Shown: positions 26,761-37,740, counted from the stretch's first letter. The stretch: 64,000 bases of DNA from Pseudomonadota bacterium (GCA_036339585.1 JAYZAS010000004.1:318773-382772); one strand, 5' to 3'. Numbers and translations: made by a program. Notes: generated by a model from the sequence alone, not told the origin.

Positions 26761-29484
26761 TTAGTGGAGATCCCTTTTCAATTGATATATTAGTTCCAGC
26801 GCCTCACGCGGCGTTATCTGATCCGGATCAATATCACTTAAAGCCGACTCTGTAGGCGATACAATTTTTGAGGGCGGCTTGTTATTAGCTTTATCAAAAA
26901 GGGGCAAATTGTCTGCTAATCCCGTTAAAGAACAAGATTGCTCCCCTTGCTCTAAAATCGAAAGGACCTCCTCTGCGCGAGCAATAACCGCGGATGGTAA
27001 GCCGGCCAGCTTGGCGACATGAATTCCATATGATCGATCAGCAGCGCCTGCGACAATCTCGTGCAAGAAAACTACATCACCCTGCCACTCTTTTACCCTC
27101 ATCGTGAAGGGTTTTAATGAGACCAAACGTGTCTCTAGTGAAACCAACTCATGGTAATGGCTCGCGAATAATGCTCTGCAGCAATTTTTGTCGTGCAAAT
27201 GTTCAATCGCAGCCCATGCGATTGACAAGCCGTCGAAAGTCGCTGTGCCACGGCCAATTTCATCCAATATAACGAAGGAGCGCTCAGTCGCTTGATTTAA
27301 AATTGAAGCCGTTTCAACCATTTCGACCATAAAAGTGGAGCGGCCGCGCGCCAAGTCGTCCGCGGCGCCAACTCGGCTGAATAGTCGATCCACAATGCCG
27401 ATTTGAGCTTCCGATGCGGGAACAAAGCTTCCAATCTGCGCCAAAATTAGAATAAGTGCATTCTGGCGCAGAAAAGTGCTTTTACCTGCCATATTTGGAC
27501 CTGTAACCAGCCAAATTCGTTGATCTTCACTGAGTTTACAATCGTTCGAGACAAACGGTCGATTTTCCGATAGCCCTAATGCAGTCTCGACAACTGGGTG
27601 TCTGCCCCCAATAATCGAAAAAACACTCTCATCGACGACGGTTGGCCTACAGTATTGTTGCTCGTCAGCCAATTCGGCCAAGCCTGAAGCAACATCTACC
27701 TCGGCCAACGCAACTGCCTCACGATTGATGGTATCACTTTGTTTGGTAATCTCATTTATTAAATCTTGAAACAGTCTTAACTCCAAATCTAAAGCAAGCT
27801 GTCCGCATTCTGACGCCTGTCTTGCAAACCTTGCAAGTTCGGGCGTGGAAAACCGCACAGCATTGGTCATAGTTTGCCTATGAATAAAATGGTCATCAAG
27901 TCTGTCCGACTGCCTTACAGAAACTTCAACGAAGTACCCCAGAACATTGTTTTGTTTGATTTTAAGGGTCTCAGCACCAGTTGAAGTTTTGTATTTTGAC
28001 TCTAGGCTCGCTATAAGTTTCCGACTTTCGCCGCCCGATTGCCTAAGCTCATCTAATTGGCGCGAATAGCCCTCCCTAAGAAAACCGCCATCCCGGGCAT
28101 TAGCTGGCAACTCATCGTTCAATGCTCGACCTAAAAGTTTTGCCAAAATCTCATGGCAGTCGAGTAGAGTGATCGCGGAATTGATAGCTTGTGGCAGTAG
28201 TTCTCCTTTCTTCGCTAGAATTGTCTTAATTTCTTTTGCAACCGCTAGACCATCACGGACCGAAGCCACGTCACGGGGGCCGCAACGATTCAGCGTCAAT
28301 CTTGATAATGCTCGCTCGAAGTCTGGGCACTCGCGCAAAACCTCCCGTACCCGTGCTCGTGAAGCTGATTCCGCAACGAAGTATTCGATCGAGTCGAGTC
28401 GAGCCCTTATTTTTTGCACTTCCGTTGATGGAGAGTTTAGACGGGAAGCTAGAAGTCTAGCGCCTGACGCACTCACAGTCCGATCGATTGTCGCTAAGAG
28501 ACTGCCCTTTGTCTCACCAGACAACGTTCGTGTTAATTCAAGGTTGCGTCTGGTGGCAGCATCAATCTCTAAAAATGTACTGTCAGAAATCTGCCGAGGT
28601 CGATCCAAATGCGGCATATTGCCAACTTGGGTAAGCTCGATGTAGTCGATTAATGCCCCGGCTGCAGAAAACTCGGCGTTGGTGAAAGACCCGGCCCCAT
28701 CCATCGTTGCTACGCCAAAAAATGCTTCCAACCGTTTGCGGGAATTTGTTGGGTCAAACCGAATATCCGGCAAAGGCACCAATTCCTGTACCCATTCACC
28801 ACAAACCTGCTGAAATTCTTGACTAAGATGTAATTTTTCCGGCAGTAAAATCTCGCCCGGCTCTATGCGTGCCAATACAGCGGCCACAGACCCTGGTGTA
28901 TAGGGACACATACATTGAAGGAAAAATTCTCCTGTAGATATGTCTAGCCAGGCAATCGCACAATCTCCGGAAACACCGCTGATAGCGGCGAGAAAGTTAT
29001 TGCAACGAGAGTGCAACAAGGTCTCCTCAGTCAGAGTACCTGGCGTTACAAGTCGCACTACATCCCGTTTAACAAGACTTCGGGAACCGTCGCGTTTCTT
29101 AGCTTCTGCAGGATTTTCTAGCTGCTCACATATTGCTACTCGAAACCCCTTTTTTATCAAACGAGCCAAATATACGTCAGCCGTATGTGCCGGAACCCCA
29201 CACATGGCCACGTCCGCTCCTTTGTGCTTTCCACGTTTTGTAAGCGTTATATCAAGGGCTTCAGCTGCCATAATGGCGTCATCAAAGAACATCTCATAAA
29301 AATCTCCCATACGATAAAACAACAAACAGTCTGGGTACGCTTCTTTTATTTCAAGGTATTGCGCCATCATTGGCGTAGCGCCTATGCGGAACCCGGCGTT
29401 AAACTTGACCCCTCGAGATGTTTTTATCAGTTCATCACGGTTCCCTGGCTTAGCCATTGGGTTAGTTGTTTTCTGTGTTGGCAT
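26761..29484 (-). CDS. mutS: DNA mismatch repair protein MutS
   Basis: Contains MMAQYLEIKEAYPDCLLFYRMGDFYEMFFDDA and Walker A GPNMAGKSTFLRQ. Confidence 0.96.
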   Translation of the reverse strand: MPTQKTTNPMAKPGNRDELIKTSRGVKFNAGFRIGATPMMAQYLEIKEAYPDCLLFYRMGDFYEMFFDDAIMAAEALDITLTKRGKHKGADVAMCGVPAHTADVYLARLIKKGFRVAICEQLENPAEAKKRDGSRSLVKRDVVRLVTPGTLTEETLLHSRCNNFLAAISGVSGDCAIAWLDISTGEFFLQCMCPYTPGSVAAVLARIEPGEILLPEKLHLSQEFQQVCGEWVQELVPLPDIRFDPTNSRKRLEAFFGVATMDGAGSFTNAEFSAAGALIDYIELTQVGNMPHLDRPRQISDSTFLEIDAATRRNLELTRTLSGETKGSLLATIDRTVSASGARLLASRLNSPSTEVQKIRARLDSIEYFVAESASRARVREVLRECPDFERALSRLTLNRCGPRDVASVRDGLAVAKEIKTILAKKGELLPQAINSAITLLDCHEILAKLLGRALNDELPANARDGGFLREGYSRQLDELRQSGGESRKLIASLESKYKTSTGAETLKIKQNNVLGYFVEVSVRQSDRLDDHFIHRQTMTNAVRFSTPELARFARQASECGQLALDLELRLFQDLINEITKQSDTINREAVALAEVDVASGLAELADEQQYCRPTVVDESVFSIIGGRHPVVETALGLSENRPFVSNDCKLSEDQRIWLVTGPNMAGKSTFLRQNALILILAQIGSFVPASEAQIGIVDRLFSRVGAADDLARGRSTFMVEMVETASILNQATERSFVILDEIGRGTATFDGLSIAWAAIEHLHDKNCCRALFASHYHELVSLETRLVSLKPFTMRVKEWQGDVVFLHEIVAGAADRSYGIHVAKLAGLPSAVIARAEEVLSILEQGEQSCSLTGLADNLPLFDKANNKPPSKIVSPTESALSDIDPDQITPREALELIYQLKRDLH

Positions 29485-29679
29485 TATTATTTCTTCTTGA
29501 CGATCACTTTATAACGCGCCTGTTGTCATAATTAGCAATGCTTCAAATATTTTAAACAAAAATAAAATACTTCCCAAGCTGGTCATGTGTCTCACTTCAT
29601 GTCAAACTAATTAGAAGTTTTTTTGCTTTACCAACGCGGCATAAAGGAAAAATCGTTTCGTTAGGGGGATTTCAGCATA

Positions 29680-31941
29680 ATGTCCAAAACTAAGATTAGT
29701 CAGCAAGATGCGCTGGATTTCCATGTTAGTGGTCAACCAGGAAAGATCGCACTACGAGCAACAAAACCGCTCAATACCCAGCGAGATCTATCGCTTGCCT
29801 ATTCTCCGGGTGTCGCTTATCCCTGCCTCGAAATCGAGAATGCGCCTGACACTGCTTATGACTACACCTCCAAAGGTAACATGGTTGCGGTGATATCTAA
29901 TGGAACTGCAGTCCTCGGTTTGGGTAACATTGGCGCGTTGGCTTCAAAACCAGTCATGGAAGGCAAAGCAGTCCTTTTCAAAAGATTTGCTGACATAGAT
30001 AGTTTCGATTTAGAGGTAGAAACTGAGGACGTGGATGAATTCATTTCATGCGTTCGTGCGATTGGCAACGGATTCGGTGGAATTAACCTCGAGGACATCA
30101 AAGCTCCAGAATGTTTCATTATTGAACAAAAACTGCGCGAAATATTGGATGTTCCAGTATTTCATGACGACCAACACGGCACTGCAATTATTTCTGCAGC
30201 TGGAATGATAAATGCCCTCGAGCTAACAAATCGAAAAATGGCTGACATCAAAATGGTAGTCAACGGTGCTGGCGCGTCAGCAATTGCTTGTATTGAGCTT
30301 ATCAAATCAATGGGTGTGCCGCATGACCAAATCACACTTTGCGATTCTAAGGGTGTTATATACAGAGGCCGTGAAGAAGGGATGAACCAATGGAAGTCAG
30401 CTCACGCAATATCCACCAATGACCGATCATTAAAAGACGCTGTAAAAGGCGCCGACGTCTTATTTGGCTTATCGGTTAAAGGAGCCGTTTCTGGAAGCAT
30501 GATAAAGTCTATGCGTGCAAACCCTATTATTTTCGCAATGGCCAACCCAGACCCAGAAATAACCCCAGAGGAAGTTGCGGCCATCAGAAGTGACGCGATT
30601 GTTGCGACGGGCCGCTCAGATTATCCAAATCAAATTAATAATGTACTCGGCTTTCCATATATTTTCCGCGGCGCGCTAGATGTTCGTGCTTCGACTATTA
30701 ATGATGAGATGAAATCTGCTGCAGCTTATGCCCTTGCCGAACTCGCGCGAGAGGATGTGCCCGATGAAGTGGATGCTGCATACGGAGGCAAACGCCTTCA
30801 ATACGGTCCAAATTACATAATCCCAGCACCATTTGACCCACGCTTGATATCTGCGATCCCACCCGCGGTAGCAAAAGCGGCTGTAGCCAGTAATGTTGCG
30901 CGCAAACCCGTAAAAGACACGGATGCATATCGGCAACAATTATCCGCTCGCCTTGACCCTGCCGCTGCAAAATTACAATTTATTTTTCAACGTGTACAAT
31001 CGGAAAATAAGCGTATCGTTTTTGCAGAGGGTGAAGACGAAAGAGTTATCCGCGCGGCGATCGCCTTCCGCAACGCAGGCTACGGCGAACCTATTCTTTT
31101 AGGGCGTGCCGAACACGTGGAAAAGACTATGAGTAGTCTCGGTATTGCAGGAACAGCAGACCTTGAAATACACAACGCAGCTCTCAGCTCTGATAAAACC
31201 ACATATTCGGATTATCTTTATAACCGGCTTCAGAGACGTGGGTTTCTATTTCGCGATTGTCAAAGGTTGGTTAATCAAGACCGTAATATTTTCGGTTCCT
31301 GCATGGTTGCATGTGGTGATGCAGACGGCATGGTAACAGGGGTGACTCGGCCTTTCGCGGTAGCCTACTCAGAGGTTACACGTGTGATAGACACAAAAAA
31401 AGGGGAGTGTCCCATGGGAATAACTATGGTGATGGCACAAAAACGCACGATACTGATAGCTGACAGCGGCGTACATGAGCTTCCTACAAGTGAGAATTTG
31501 GCAGATATTGCCTGTGGAGCAGCAACTTATGCCCGGAAGTTGGGTCAAGAACCGCGCGTAGCAATCCTATCTTTTTCGAACTTCGGTCAACCGAAACGTC
31601 GTCAAATGGAACGTGTCAGAAGGGCCGTAACACTATTGGACGATCGCAAAGTCGATTTTGAGTATGACGGCGAAATGACCACCGATACCGCTCTCGACTT
31701 TGATTTAATGCAACGCATTTACCCGTTTTGTAGATTAACTGGGCCCGCAAACGTGCTAGTGATGCCGGACTTACATAGTGCCAGTATTTCCTCCAAACTT
31801 CTACATGCGCAAGGTGATGGGGGCGTTATTGGCCCTATTCTAGAAGGACTTTCAAAGCCGGTCCAAATTGTCCAGTTGGGTTCACGAGTAAGTGATCTCA
31901 TTAATGCCGGAGCTATTGCAGCGTACGATGCAATTGCATGA
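29680..31941 (+). CDS. maeB: NADP-dependent malic enzyme (malic enzyme + PTA-like domain)
   Basis: 753 aa. The N-half has LSLAYSPGVA, FHDDQHGTA and NGAGASA. The C-half resembles phosphate acetyltransferase. Confidence 0.95.
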   Translation: MSKTKISQQDALDFHVSGQPGKIALRATKPLNTQRDLSLAYSPGVAYPCLEIENAPDTAYDYTSKGNMVAVISNGTAVLGLGNIGALASKPVMEGKAVLFKRFADIDSFDLEVETEDVDEFISCVRAIGNGFGGINLEDIKAPECFIIEQKLREILDVPVFHDDQHGTAIISAAGMINALELTNRKMADIKMVVNGAGASAIACIELIKSMGVPHDQITLCDSKGVIYRGREEGMNQWKSAHAISTNDRSLKDAVKGADVLFGLSVKGAVSGSMIKSMRANPIIFAMANPDPEITPEEVAAIRSDAIVATGRSDYPNQINNVLGFPYIFRGALDVRASTINDEMKSAAAYALAELAREDVPDEVDAAYGGKRLQYGPNYIIPAPFDPRLISAIPPAVAKAAVASNVARKPVKDTDAYRQQLSARLDPAAAKLQFIFQRVQSENKRIVFAEGEDERVIRAAIAFRNAGYGEPILLGRAEHVEKTMSSLGIAGTADLEIHNAALSSDKTTYSDYLYNRLQRRGFLFRDCQRLVNQDRNIFGSCMVACGDADGMVTGVTRPFAVAYSEVTRVIDTKKGECPMGITMVMAQKRTILIADSGVHELPTSENLADIACGAATYARKLGQEPRVAILSFSNFGQPKRRQMERVRRAVTLLDDRKVDFEYDGEMTTDTALDFDLMQRIYPFCRLTGPANVLVMPDLHSASISSKLLHAQGDGGVIGPILEGLSKPVQIVQLGSRVSDLINAGAIAAYDAIA

Positions 31942-32035
31942 GGTTTTAGCACAAAAACTATCCAAAAAATTTCGACCCTAGATAGCTTCATAAGGCCGAT
32001 TGTCCGATATTTACCGATGCAATGGTGTAGTGCGG

Positions 32036-33268
32036 CTATTTCCAACATTTTTTATTTCCATTTTTTGTCTGGGTCAGCTCCGCTAAATAAATACAAAGAA
32101 ATATTGCCGGCAATCCGAGCGATGCTACATACCCGAAAAAAACCATATACCCTACACCATCGACAACCATCCCTGAAAATCCACCAATAAGCTTTCCTGG
32201 AAGTGTCATAAGCGAGCTTAACAGCGCATACTGTGTGGCTGTGTATGGAGATCGGGTTAGGTTCGATAAATATGCAATAAATGCGGACCCAGCAAGACCA
32301 CCACTCACATTGTCAGCACTAACCACCGCAATGAGGAGGTTTATATCGGGCCCAATAAGCGCCATGAAAGCAAACACAAGATTAGTCAAACATACAAGAA
32401 CCGCTCCGGCGAGCAGCGGCCCCATAATACCGTAATGAGTGACTAACAAGCCACCCAAGATGGTTCCGGTAATGGTCATAGTAAAGCCAAATATCTTTAT
32501 AACATTTGCAATCTCAGTTTTCGTAAATCCGAGGTCAACGTAAAAAGGATTGGCCATCACACCCATCGATATGTCACTAATTCTGTAAACAGCAACAAAT
32601 AGGAGTATGGGGATGGCAAGCCTTCCGAACCTCCCGAAAAAATTGCTGAATGGCCTCAAAAACGAGCCACTTAACCACTCATTAATCTTTACCGCCTTTG
32701 GCAGATCATTTTCACTAACAGGCTCTGAGACAATCAGAACAGTAGTGATTCCCACCCCCATCAGCGCTGCCATTATGCAGTAACTCCACGCCCAACCAGC
32801 ATACTCTGAAATGTAAAGCACACCGGCCCCAGCAACCAACAGGGCTATACGATAACCAAGTTGATACGCTGCGGCCAATGCCCCTTGCATTTCAGCCGGC
32901 GCGCTTTCAATCCGGAAGGCATCAATAGAAACGTCCTGTGTGGCTGAAAAAAGTGCAGTGACGAAAGCAAAAATTATCAACAAGTGCGTTGATTTAACTG
33001 GATCAACAAAAGCCATTCCTAATAGGCCGAAAGCAATGCCAACCATTGATATTAGCATCCAAGAACGACGACGACCGAAAATAGAATTCAAGCCGAATAG
33101 GGAAGCGCAATCAATCACTGGCGCCCAAATCACCTTTATAGAATAGGTAATGCCAATCCAACTTATTAAACCGATTGTTGTTCGACTAAGCCCTAATTCA
33201 CGAAGCCAAATAGAAAATGTTGAAAACACTAGAAGGAACGGCAAACCCGCAGAGAATCCCAAAAACAA
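32036..33268 (-). CDS. ampG: AmpG-family muropeptide MFS transporter
   Basis: LGFSAGLPFLL near the N-terminus and a 12-TM-like profile. The only start candidates are TTG 33268 or a rarer codon further upstream, and the frame stays open to 33361, so the start is uncertain. Confidence 0.82.
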   Translation of the reverse strand: MFLGFSAGLPFLLVFSTFSIWLRELGLSRTTIGLISWIGITYSIKVIWAPVIDCASLFGLNSIFGRRRSWMLISMVGIAFGLLGMAFVDPVKSTHLLIIFAFVTALFSATQDVSIDAFRIESAPAEMQGALAAAYQLGYRIALLVAGAGVLYISEYAGWAWSYCIMAALMGVGITTVLIVSEPVSENDLPKAVKINEWLSGSFLRPFSNFFGRFGRLAIPILLFVAVYRISDISMGVMANPFYVDLGFTKTEIANVIKIFGFTMTITGTILGGLLVTHYGIMGPLLAGAVLVCLTNLVFAFMALIGPDINLLIAVVSADNVSGGLAGSAFIAYLSNLTRSPYTATQYALLSSLMTLPGKLIGGFSGMVVDGVGYMVFFGYVASLGLPAIFLCIYLAELTQTKNGNKKCWK

Positions 33269-33351
33269 AAGTGCAAGGACTTGCCCCTGACAAAAAACCG
33301 CAATGGACGTTTTCCAACTTCGTTTGGGGGGTTTTTCGTCGCTAAGGTGTG

Positions 33352-34338
33352 TCAGCCTAACCTACCTGCCACTAATGCTGCTAGATCCTTTTCAGGACGT
33401 GCTCCATAATGACTTATAACTTCAGCAGCAGTAATTGCCCCGATCCGTGCACACTTTGTAATGTCTTCCTCTTTACAAAGCCCAAATAAAAACCCGGCAG
33501 CAAACTGATCTCCAGCTCCTGTAGTATCGATCAAGCTATCAACAGCTTCTGGTTTTACCTCAATTCTTTCGGTCTCGCTCAAAATAACTGCTCCCTTTTC
33601 CCCCCGGGTAACACATGCTAACTCACATTTACCACTATTCAACTCGATAGCCTGTTCAAGATTCTCTGCCTGATAAAGGCTTATAAATTCATCTTCGTTG
33701 GCAAATAAGATGTCTGTATTGCGCTCGATAAGCTCTATGAAGGAATCTCGGTGGCGCTCAACACAAAAAGTATCTGATAATGTTAAGGCAACTTTACCGC
33801 CAGATTTATTGGCCACGCCTGCCGCCCGCACCATTGCTTCTTGTGCTACCGGCTGATCAAAAAGATAGCCTTCCAAGTATATTATCTTACTTTTAGAAAT
33901 AACGACTTCATTGAGGTCCTCAGGCGCCAACAGAGCTGCAGTACCTAAATAAGTACACATTGTGCGTTGCGCATCTGGTGTAACAAAAACTAAACACATT
34001 CCAGTTGGCAGGCCCTGCTCCGAAGGAGCAGCTGCAAATGAGCAACCAAGCATTTTCATGTCAGCCTGAAATGCTTTGCCGGCGCTGTCATTTTTAAGTT
34101 TCCCGATAAAAGCGCCTCTACCTCCAAGTGATGCAAAACCAGCCATTGAATTTGCGCATGAACCACCCGAAGCTCTGTGTGGCGTGCTCATGGTGCTGAC
34201 CAAATTATTCGCCTGACTCTCATCTACCAATTGCATACTTCCCTTGACAAGGCCATGCTCGTGCAAGAAGTGGTCATCTACGTTGCAGAGTACATCGACC
34301 AAAGCGTTTCCAACACCTAACAATTCATATTTAGCCAT
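33352..34338 (-). CDS. PfkB-family adenosine kinase
   Basis: N-terminal YELLGVGNALVDVL and C-terminal DTTGAGDQFAAGFLFG (PfkB signature). It uses a TGA stop. Confidence 0.8.
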   Translation of the reverse strand: MAKYELLGVGNALVDVLCNVDDHFLHEHGLVKGSMQLVDESQANNLVSTMSTPHRASGGSCANSMAGFASLGGRGAFIGKLKNDSAGKAFQADMKMLGCSFAAAPSEQGLPTGMCLVFVTPDAQRTMCTYLGTAALLAPEDLNEVVISKSKIIYLEGYLFDQPVAQEAMVRAAGVANKSGGKVALTLSDTFCVERHRDSFIELIERNTDILFANEDEFISLYQAENLEQAIELNSGKCELACVTRGEKGAVILSETERIEVKPEAVDSLIDTTGAGDQFAAGFLFGLCKEEDITKCARIGAITAAEVISHYGARPEKDLAALVAGRLG

Positions 34339-34470
34339 AGTTCCCTCTCAGCCCATTAGAAGACTAACTTGCAGCCTTAACAGAGCATCAGTATACCGAC
34401 CTTCCGCAAAGCAGCAAGCTGACCTATTGTTTGCCTTGCTTAGAATATTTGTTGTCTGTAGTTATCCAGC

Positions 34471-35184
34471 ATGATTAGGACCCTTTTTGAAGCAACTACT
34501 CAACTAACAGATCCACTGCTCAGACGAATTATCTATTTGAGCATTTTAGGGTCCCTAATAATAATGGGATTCTTAGCAATTGGCATTTGGTTACTTCTAA
34601 GTCAAATTCCGCTAGAGAGTATCCCATACCTTATTCAAGTCCGTGAATGGATGGGTATTTGGTTCAACTGGCTTTCTAGTTCGTTTTTTGCAGGTTTAGT
34701 GGGAGTACTGACATTCCTCCTGTTTCCTGGTGTTGTTTCATTAACCTTAGGGTTTTTTTTCGATGAGATTATTAGTTCGGTGGAAGCAAAATATTATCCG
34801 GGATTGCCACCTCGACGACATCAATCATTTGGAGAGGTTACAGTTTCCACACTAAAGTTCGCCTGCATAACTTTGATTGTTAACATCGTAGCACTCCCAC
34901 TCTATATTCTCTTGATATTTTTCCCACCAATGAATCTGATTCTTTTTTATGTAGTTAATGGGTATTTGACCGGACGCGAATATTTTGAGCTTGTAGGTCT
35001 ATCGCGCCACCAACCCGTCGAGGTTACCATGCTACGCAAATGCAATCGAAGCCAAGTCCAAGTTGCTGGAATGTTAATCGTCTTCCTTATGACGATACCA
35101 CTCGTAAATTTGCTGGCACCGGTTATTGCAACTGTCTTTATGGTTCACCTTTACAATTCACCAAAGTTCAATGGCCAGCTATAA
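34471..35184 (+). CDS. EI24/CysZ-like integral membrane protein
   Basis: 237 aa with 4-5 hydrophobic segments. Recognition of the family is weak, although the ORF itself is long and non-overlapping. Confidence 0.45.
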   Translation: MIRTLFEATTQLTDPLLRRIIYLSILGSLIIMGFLAIGIWLLLSQIPLESIPYLIQVREWMGIWFNWLSSSFFAGLVGVLTFLLFPGVVSLTLGFFFDEIISSVEAKYYPGLPPRRHQSFGEVTVSTLKFACITLIVNIVALPLYILLIFFPPMNLILFYVVNGYLTGREYFELVGLSRHQPVEVTMLRKCNRSQVQVAGMLIVFLMTIPLVNLLAPVIATVFMVHLYNSPKFNGQL

Positions 35185-35292
35185 ATATACCTGCATTGAG
35201 GTTTAGTTGACACATTGCTGTCGTGCATTAAATTACTGGAAACTTGTTATACTTAATATTCAATCAAAAACTTATACGATTGGGCGTTATTC

Positions 35293-35742
35293 ATGGCTGC
35301 AAATATCAAGTCACCATCAGGATTGCCAGATGGTTTTGCTAAGCGAGTAGTAAGCATACCAGGGCAAATAGCCACCTCGGAAACCGGCAAAAAATTAGTT
35401 GTGGGGAAAGATATTTGCCTATCTGGTGAAATAACTGCCTGCGATACGCTCGTTGTTGAAGGGCAGGTAGAAGCATCCTTAAAGGATAGCAGAGTATTTG
35501 AAGTTGCAGAATGCGGTGATTTTAAAGGCAAAGTAGAAATTGAGATCGCAGAAATCAGAGGAAAATTTGAGGGTGAATTAGTAGCAAATTCGCGTCTGAT
35601 TATCCGCCGCTCGGGATTTGCAACTGGCAATATCCGGTATCGTGAATTGGAAATCGAACAAGGCGGTAAAATTTCTGGCTCAGTGGAATTTCTGCCTGAG
35701 ACCGGGGAAGACTCGCCCAAGGAAAGTACGGAGGATACATAG
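35293..35742 (+). CDS. bactofilin (polymer-forming cytoskeletal protein)
   Basis: 149 aa with a beta-helix repeat pattern (LVVGKDICLSGEITACDTLVVEGQVEASL ... GKVEIEIAEIRGKFEGELVANSRLIIRRSGFATGNIRYRELEIEQGGKISG) and disordered termini. Confidence 0.8.
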   Translation: MAANIKSPSGLPDGFAKRVVSIPGQIATSETGKKLVVGKDICLSGEITACDTLVVEGQVEASLKDSRVFEVAECGDFKGKVEIEIAEIRGKFEGELVANSRLIIRRSGFATGNIRYRELEIEQGGKISGSVEFLPETGEDSPKESTEDT

Positions 35743-35752
35743 GCTGTTTCAG

Positions 35753-36325
35753 GTGAAAATTACGGGCTCATTAGCAACCTATACATTCCTAGCGCTTATT
35801 ACGGTTTCGTGTGATTTGGCCACTGAAAGAGAGCACGCCAGTGTATTTGGCATAAACTTTTTAGCAGGTGACAGTACCGCTAACAGCCGCGAGATACGCC
35901 TTAGCGCCAGTGACATACAAGAATTAAGAAGCATGCTCGGAAAAAAGAAACCCTGGAAAATCGGATTTCCGGCTCTGAAAAACAAACATCCAGACGCTAT
36001 TCTTAGAATTCTCGGCAGCCCTGATTTTATTAGACGGGACGGGAAGACACAAATCTGGCAATACCGTTCGAGCGGCTGCATCCTAGATATGTTCATCCAC
36101 GGACCGCAGAAAAACCTCAAGATAATTCACTTGGAAACACGCGGGCGCACCGTCGGCACATTCCCAAGCGACAGTTGTGTCACCAACCTCATCATCAGCA
36201 AAGTAAAACAAAAGTATGCCCTCGTTGTACCAACGAAAAAAGTTGGCTCAATTGATAAAGTTCCCAAGGATTGTTTCGGTGGACTTGCGTCAAAAAGTCC
36301 ACCCGTCTTGATTAAAACAATCTAA
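35753..36325 (+). CDS. putative lipoprotein of unknown function
   Basis: I trimmed the track ORF 35618..36325 to GTG 35753. This removes the overlap with bactofilin and gives VKITGSLATYTFLALITVSC, a signal peptide ending in a lipobox-like Cys. Confidence 0.55.
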   Translation: MKITGSLATYTFLALITVSCDLATEREHASVFGINFLAGDSTANSREIRLSASDIQELRSMLGKKKPWKIGFPALKNKHPDAILRILGSPDFIRRDGKTQIWQYRSSGCILDMFIHGPQKNLKIIHLETRGRTVGTFPSDSCVTNLIISKVKQKYALVVPTKKVGSIDKVPKDCFGGLASKSPPVLIKTI

Positions 36326-36342
36326 AATTTTAAAAACTTGGG

Positions 36343-36837
36343 ATGCTCCCTTCTGTATCTAATCTAAAGCCCACGAAAGGCATTTTTTTTTCGGCCTCCC
36401 TCACGCCTAATCGCAGTTTGAGCCGTTTTGGTTTTTGGGTCCTTTTTGTGGTTGTCTCCTTGTCAGCGTTAGTGGTGGGAATAAGCTTTATGCAGATGGG
36501 TGCATGGCCTGTTCTCGGGTTTTGCGGCCTTGAGATTTTGATTCTCTACATAGCTTTTCATTTCAATTATATTAGCGGCCAAAAAAGCGAGGAAGTAGAA
36601 CTCACCGAAAATATCTTAGAGATAAGGAAAATTTCTCCTTTAGGCCACGTCTTACATTGGCGTTTCGAACCCACATGGCTGCGGGTTAAAATTGATGAGC
36701 CCCTGCAGCATGACAGTAAGCTTCATTTGGCAAGTCAAGGACGATCCATCGAGATAGGTGCCTTTTTGACCCCAGAGGAGCGATTACAGCTAGCTCGCGC
36801 TCTACGTTGTGCTTTAGATCGTTGGCACAGACGATAA
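36343..36837 (+). CDS. DUF2244-like two-TM membrane protein
   Basis: 164 aa with two adjacent TM helices followed by a soluble domain (WRFEPTWLRV). The family was recognised from memory. Confidence 0.5.
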   Translation: MLPSVSNLKPTKGIFFSASLTPNRSLSRFGFWVLFVVVSLSALVVGISFMQMGAWPVLGFCGLEILILYIAFHFNYISGQKSEEVELTENILEIRKISPLGHVLHWRFEPTWLRVKIDEPLQHDSKLHLASQGRSIEIGAFLTPEERLQLARALRCALDRWHRR

Positions 36838-36849
36838 AGCTTCCAATCG

Positions 36850-37740
36850 ATGACGTTCAGTCTCAAAAAATCTACCCTTAGTGCGCTTTTAGCTTTGGTA
36901 TTATTCTGGAGCTTAGCTTTTGTTATGCTAAAAATATCAGTCATAACCGTCCCACCAGCTAGTGCCGCTTTCATTAGGATCGTAATTGCCGCTACGCTTT
37001 TGTGGGCGATAATGCGGCTAAGGGGAGAACGCTTGCCAGAAATATCGGAACATTGGCAATATTTGTCAGTATTAGGCATAATAGCTAACGTTTTACCATT
37101 TACTCTTGTACTTTACGGTATTAGACATATCGAATCTGGGGTCGGCGCGATTCTCATGGGCATAATGCCGGTTATAACGGTCGTATTAGCGCACTTTTTC
37201 TCTGATCAAACAGAGCAGTTGACACTCCGCAAAAGCATTGGAGTGGGCATAGGTTTCACTGCCATTTTGCTATTACTTGGCCCGTCTACGCTAACGAGAT
37301 TAGGTGAAAAAACCATTGCGGAACTGGCCGTTGTCTGTGGTGCAATCTGCTTTGCGTTCGCAGCAATTATTACTCGAAGAGCTCCAGAATTGCCTATTCC
37401 GTCTTTAAGCACAGGAATCATGATCGCATCAGCAATTTTTTCATTGCCTGTTGCATTAATTCTCGACTGGCCCTTAAACTTTACACCGGATATTCCGGCC
37501 CTTTTAGCATTGGTCTGGCTTGGCATATTTCCAACTGGCCTCGCAACGTTGCTTTATTTTTATGTCGTCCTGAAATCAGGAACGGGCTTGCTTGCAATGA
37601 GCAATTATCTAGTTCCAATAGCTGGAGTTTTTTGGGGTGCACTTTTTTTGGGCGAAAAGCCCTCCTGGCAGAGTTTTATAGCATTATCTATGGTGTTGCT
37701 TGGAACTTGGCTTGTTGGGCCGTCGAAATCGAGGCGCTGA
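36850..37740 (+). CDS. DMT-superfamily (EamA) transporter
   Basis: 296 aa, about 10 TM, with a duplicated EamA-like organisation. Confidence 0.85.
   Translation: MTFSLKKSTLSALLALVLFWSLAFVMLKISVITVPPASAAFIRIVIAATLLWAIMRLRGERLPEISEHWQYLSVLGIIANVLPFTLVLYGIRHIESGVGAILMGIMPVITVVLAHFFSDQTEQLTLRKSIGVGIGFTAILLLLGPSTLTRLGEKTIAELAVVCGAICFAFAAIITRRAPELPIPSLSTGIMIASAIFSLPVALILDWPLNFTPDIPALLALVWLGIFPTGLATLLYFYVVLKSGTGLLAMSNYLVPIAGVFWGALFLGEKPSWQSFIALSMVLLGTWLVGPSKSRR

Noticed and set aside
35618-35752. N-terminal 45 codons of track ORF 35618..36325, which overlap the end of the bactofilin gene
   Set aside because: The overlap disappears and a proper lipoprotein signal peptide appears if the GTG at 35753 is used. 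The upstream part looks like out-of-frame bactofilin sequence.
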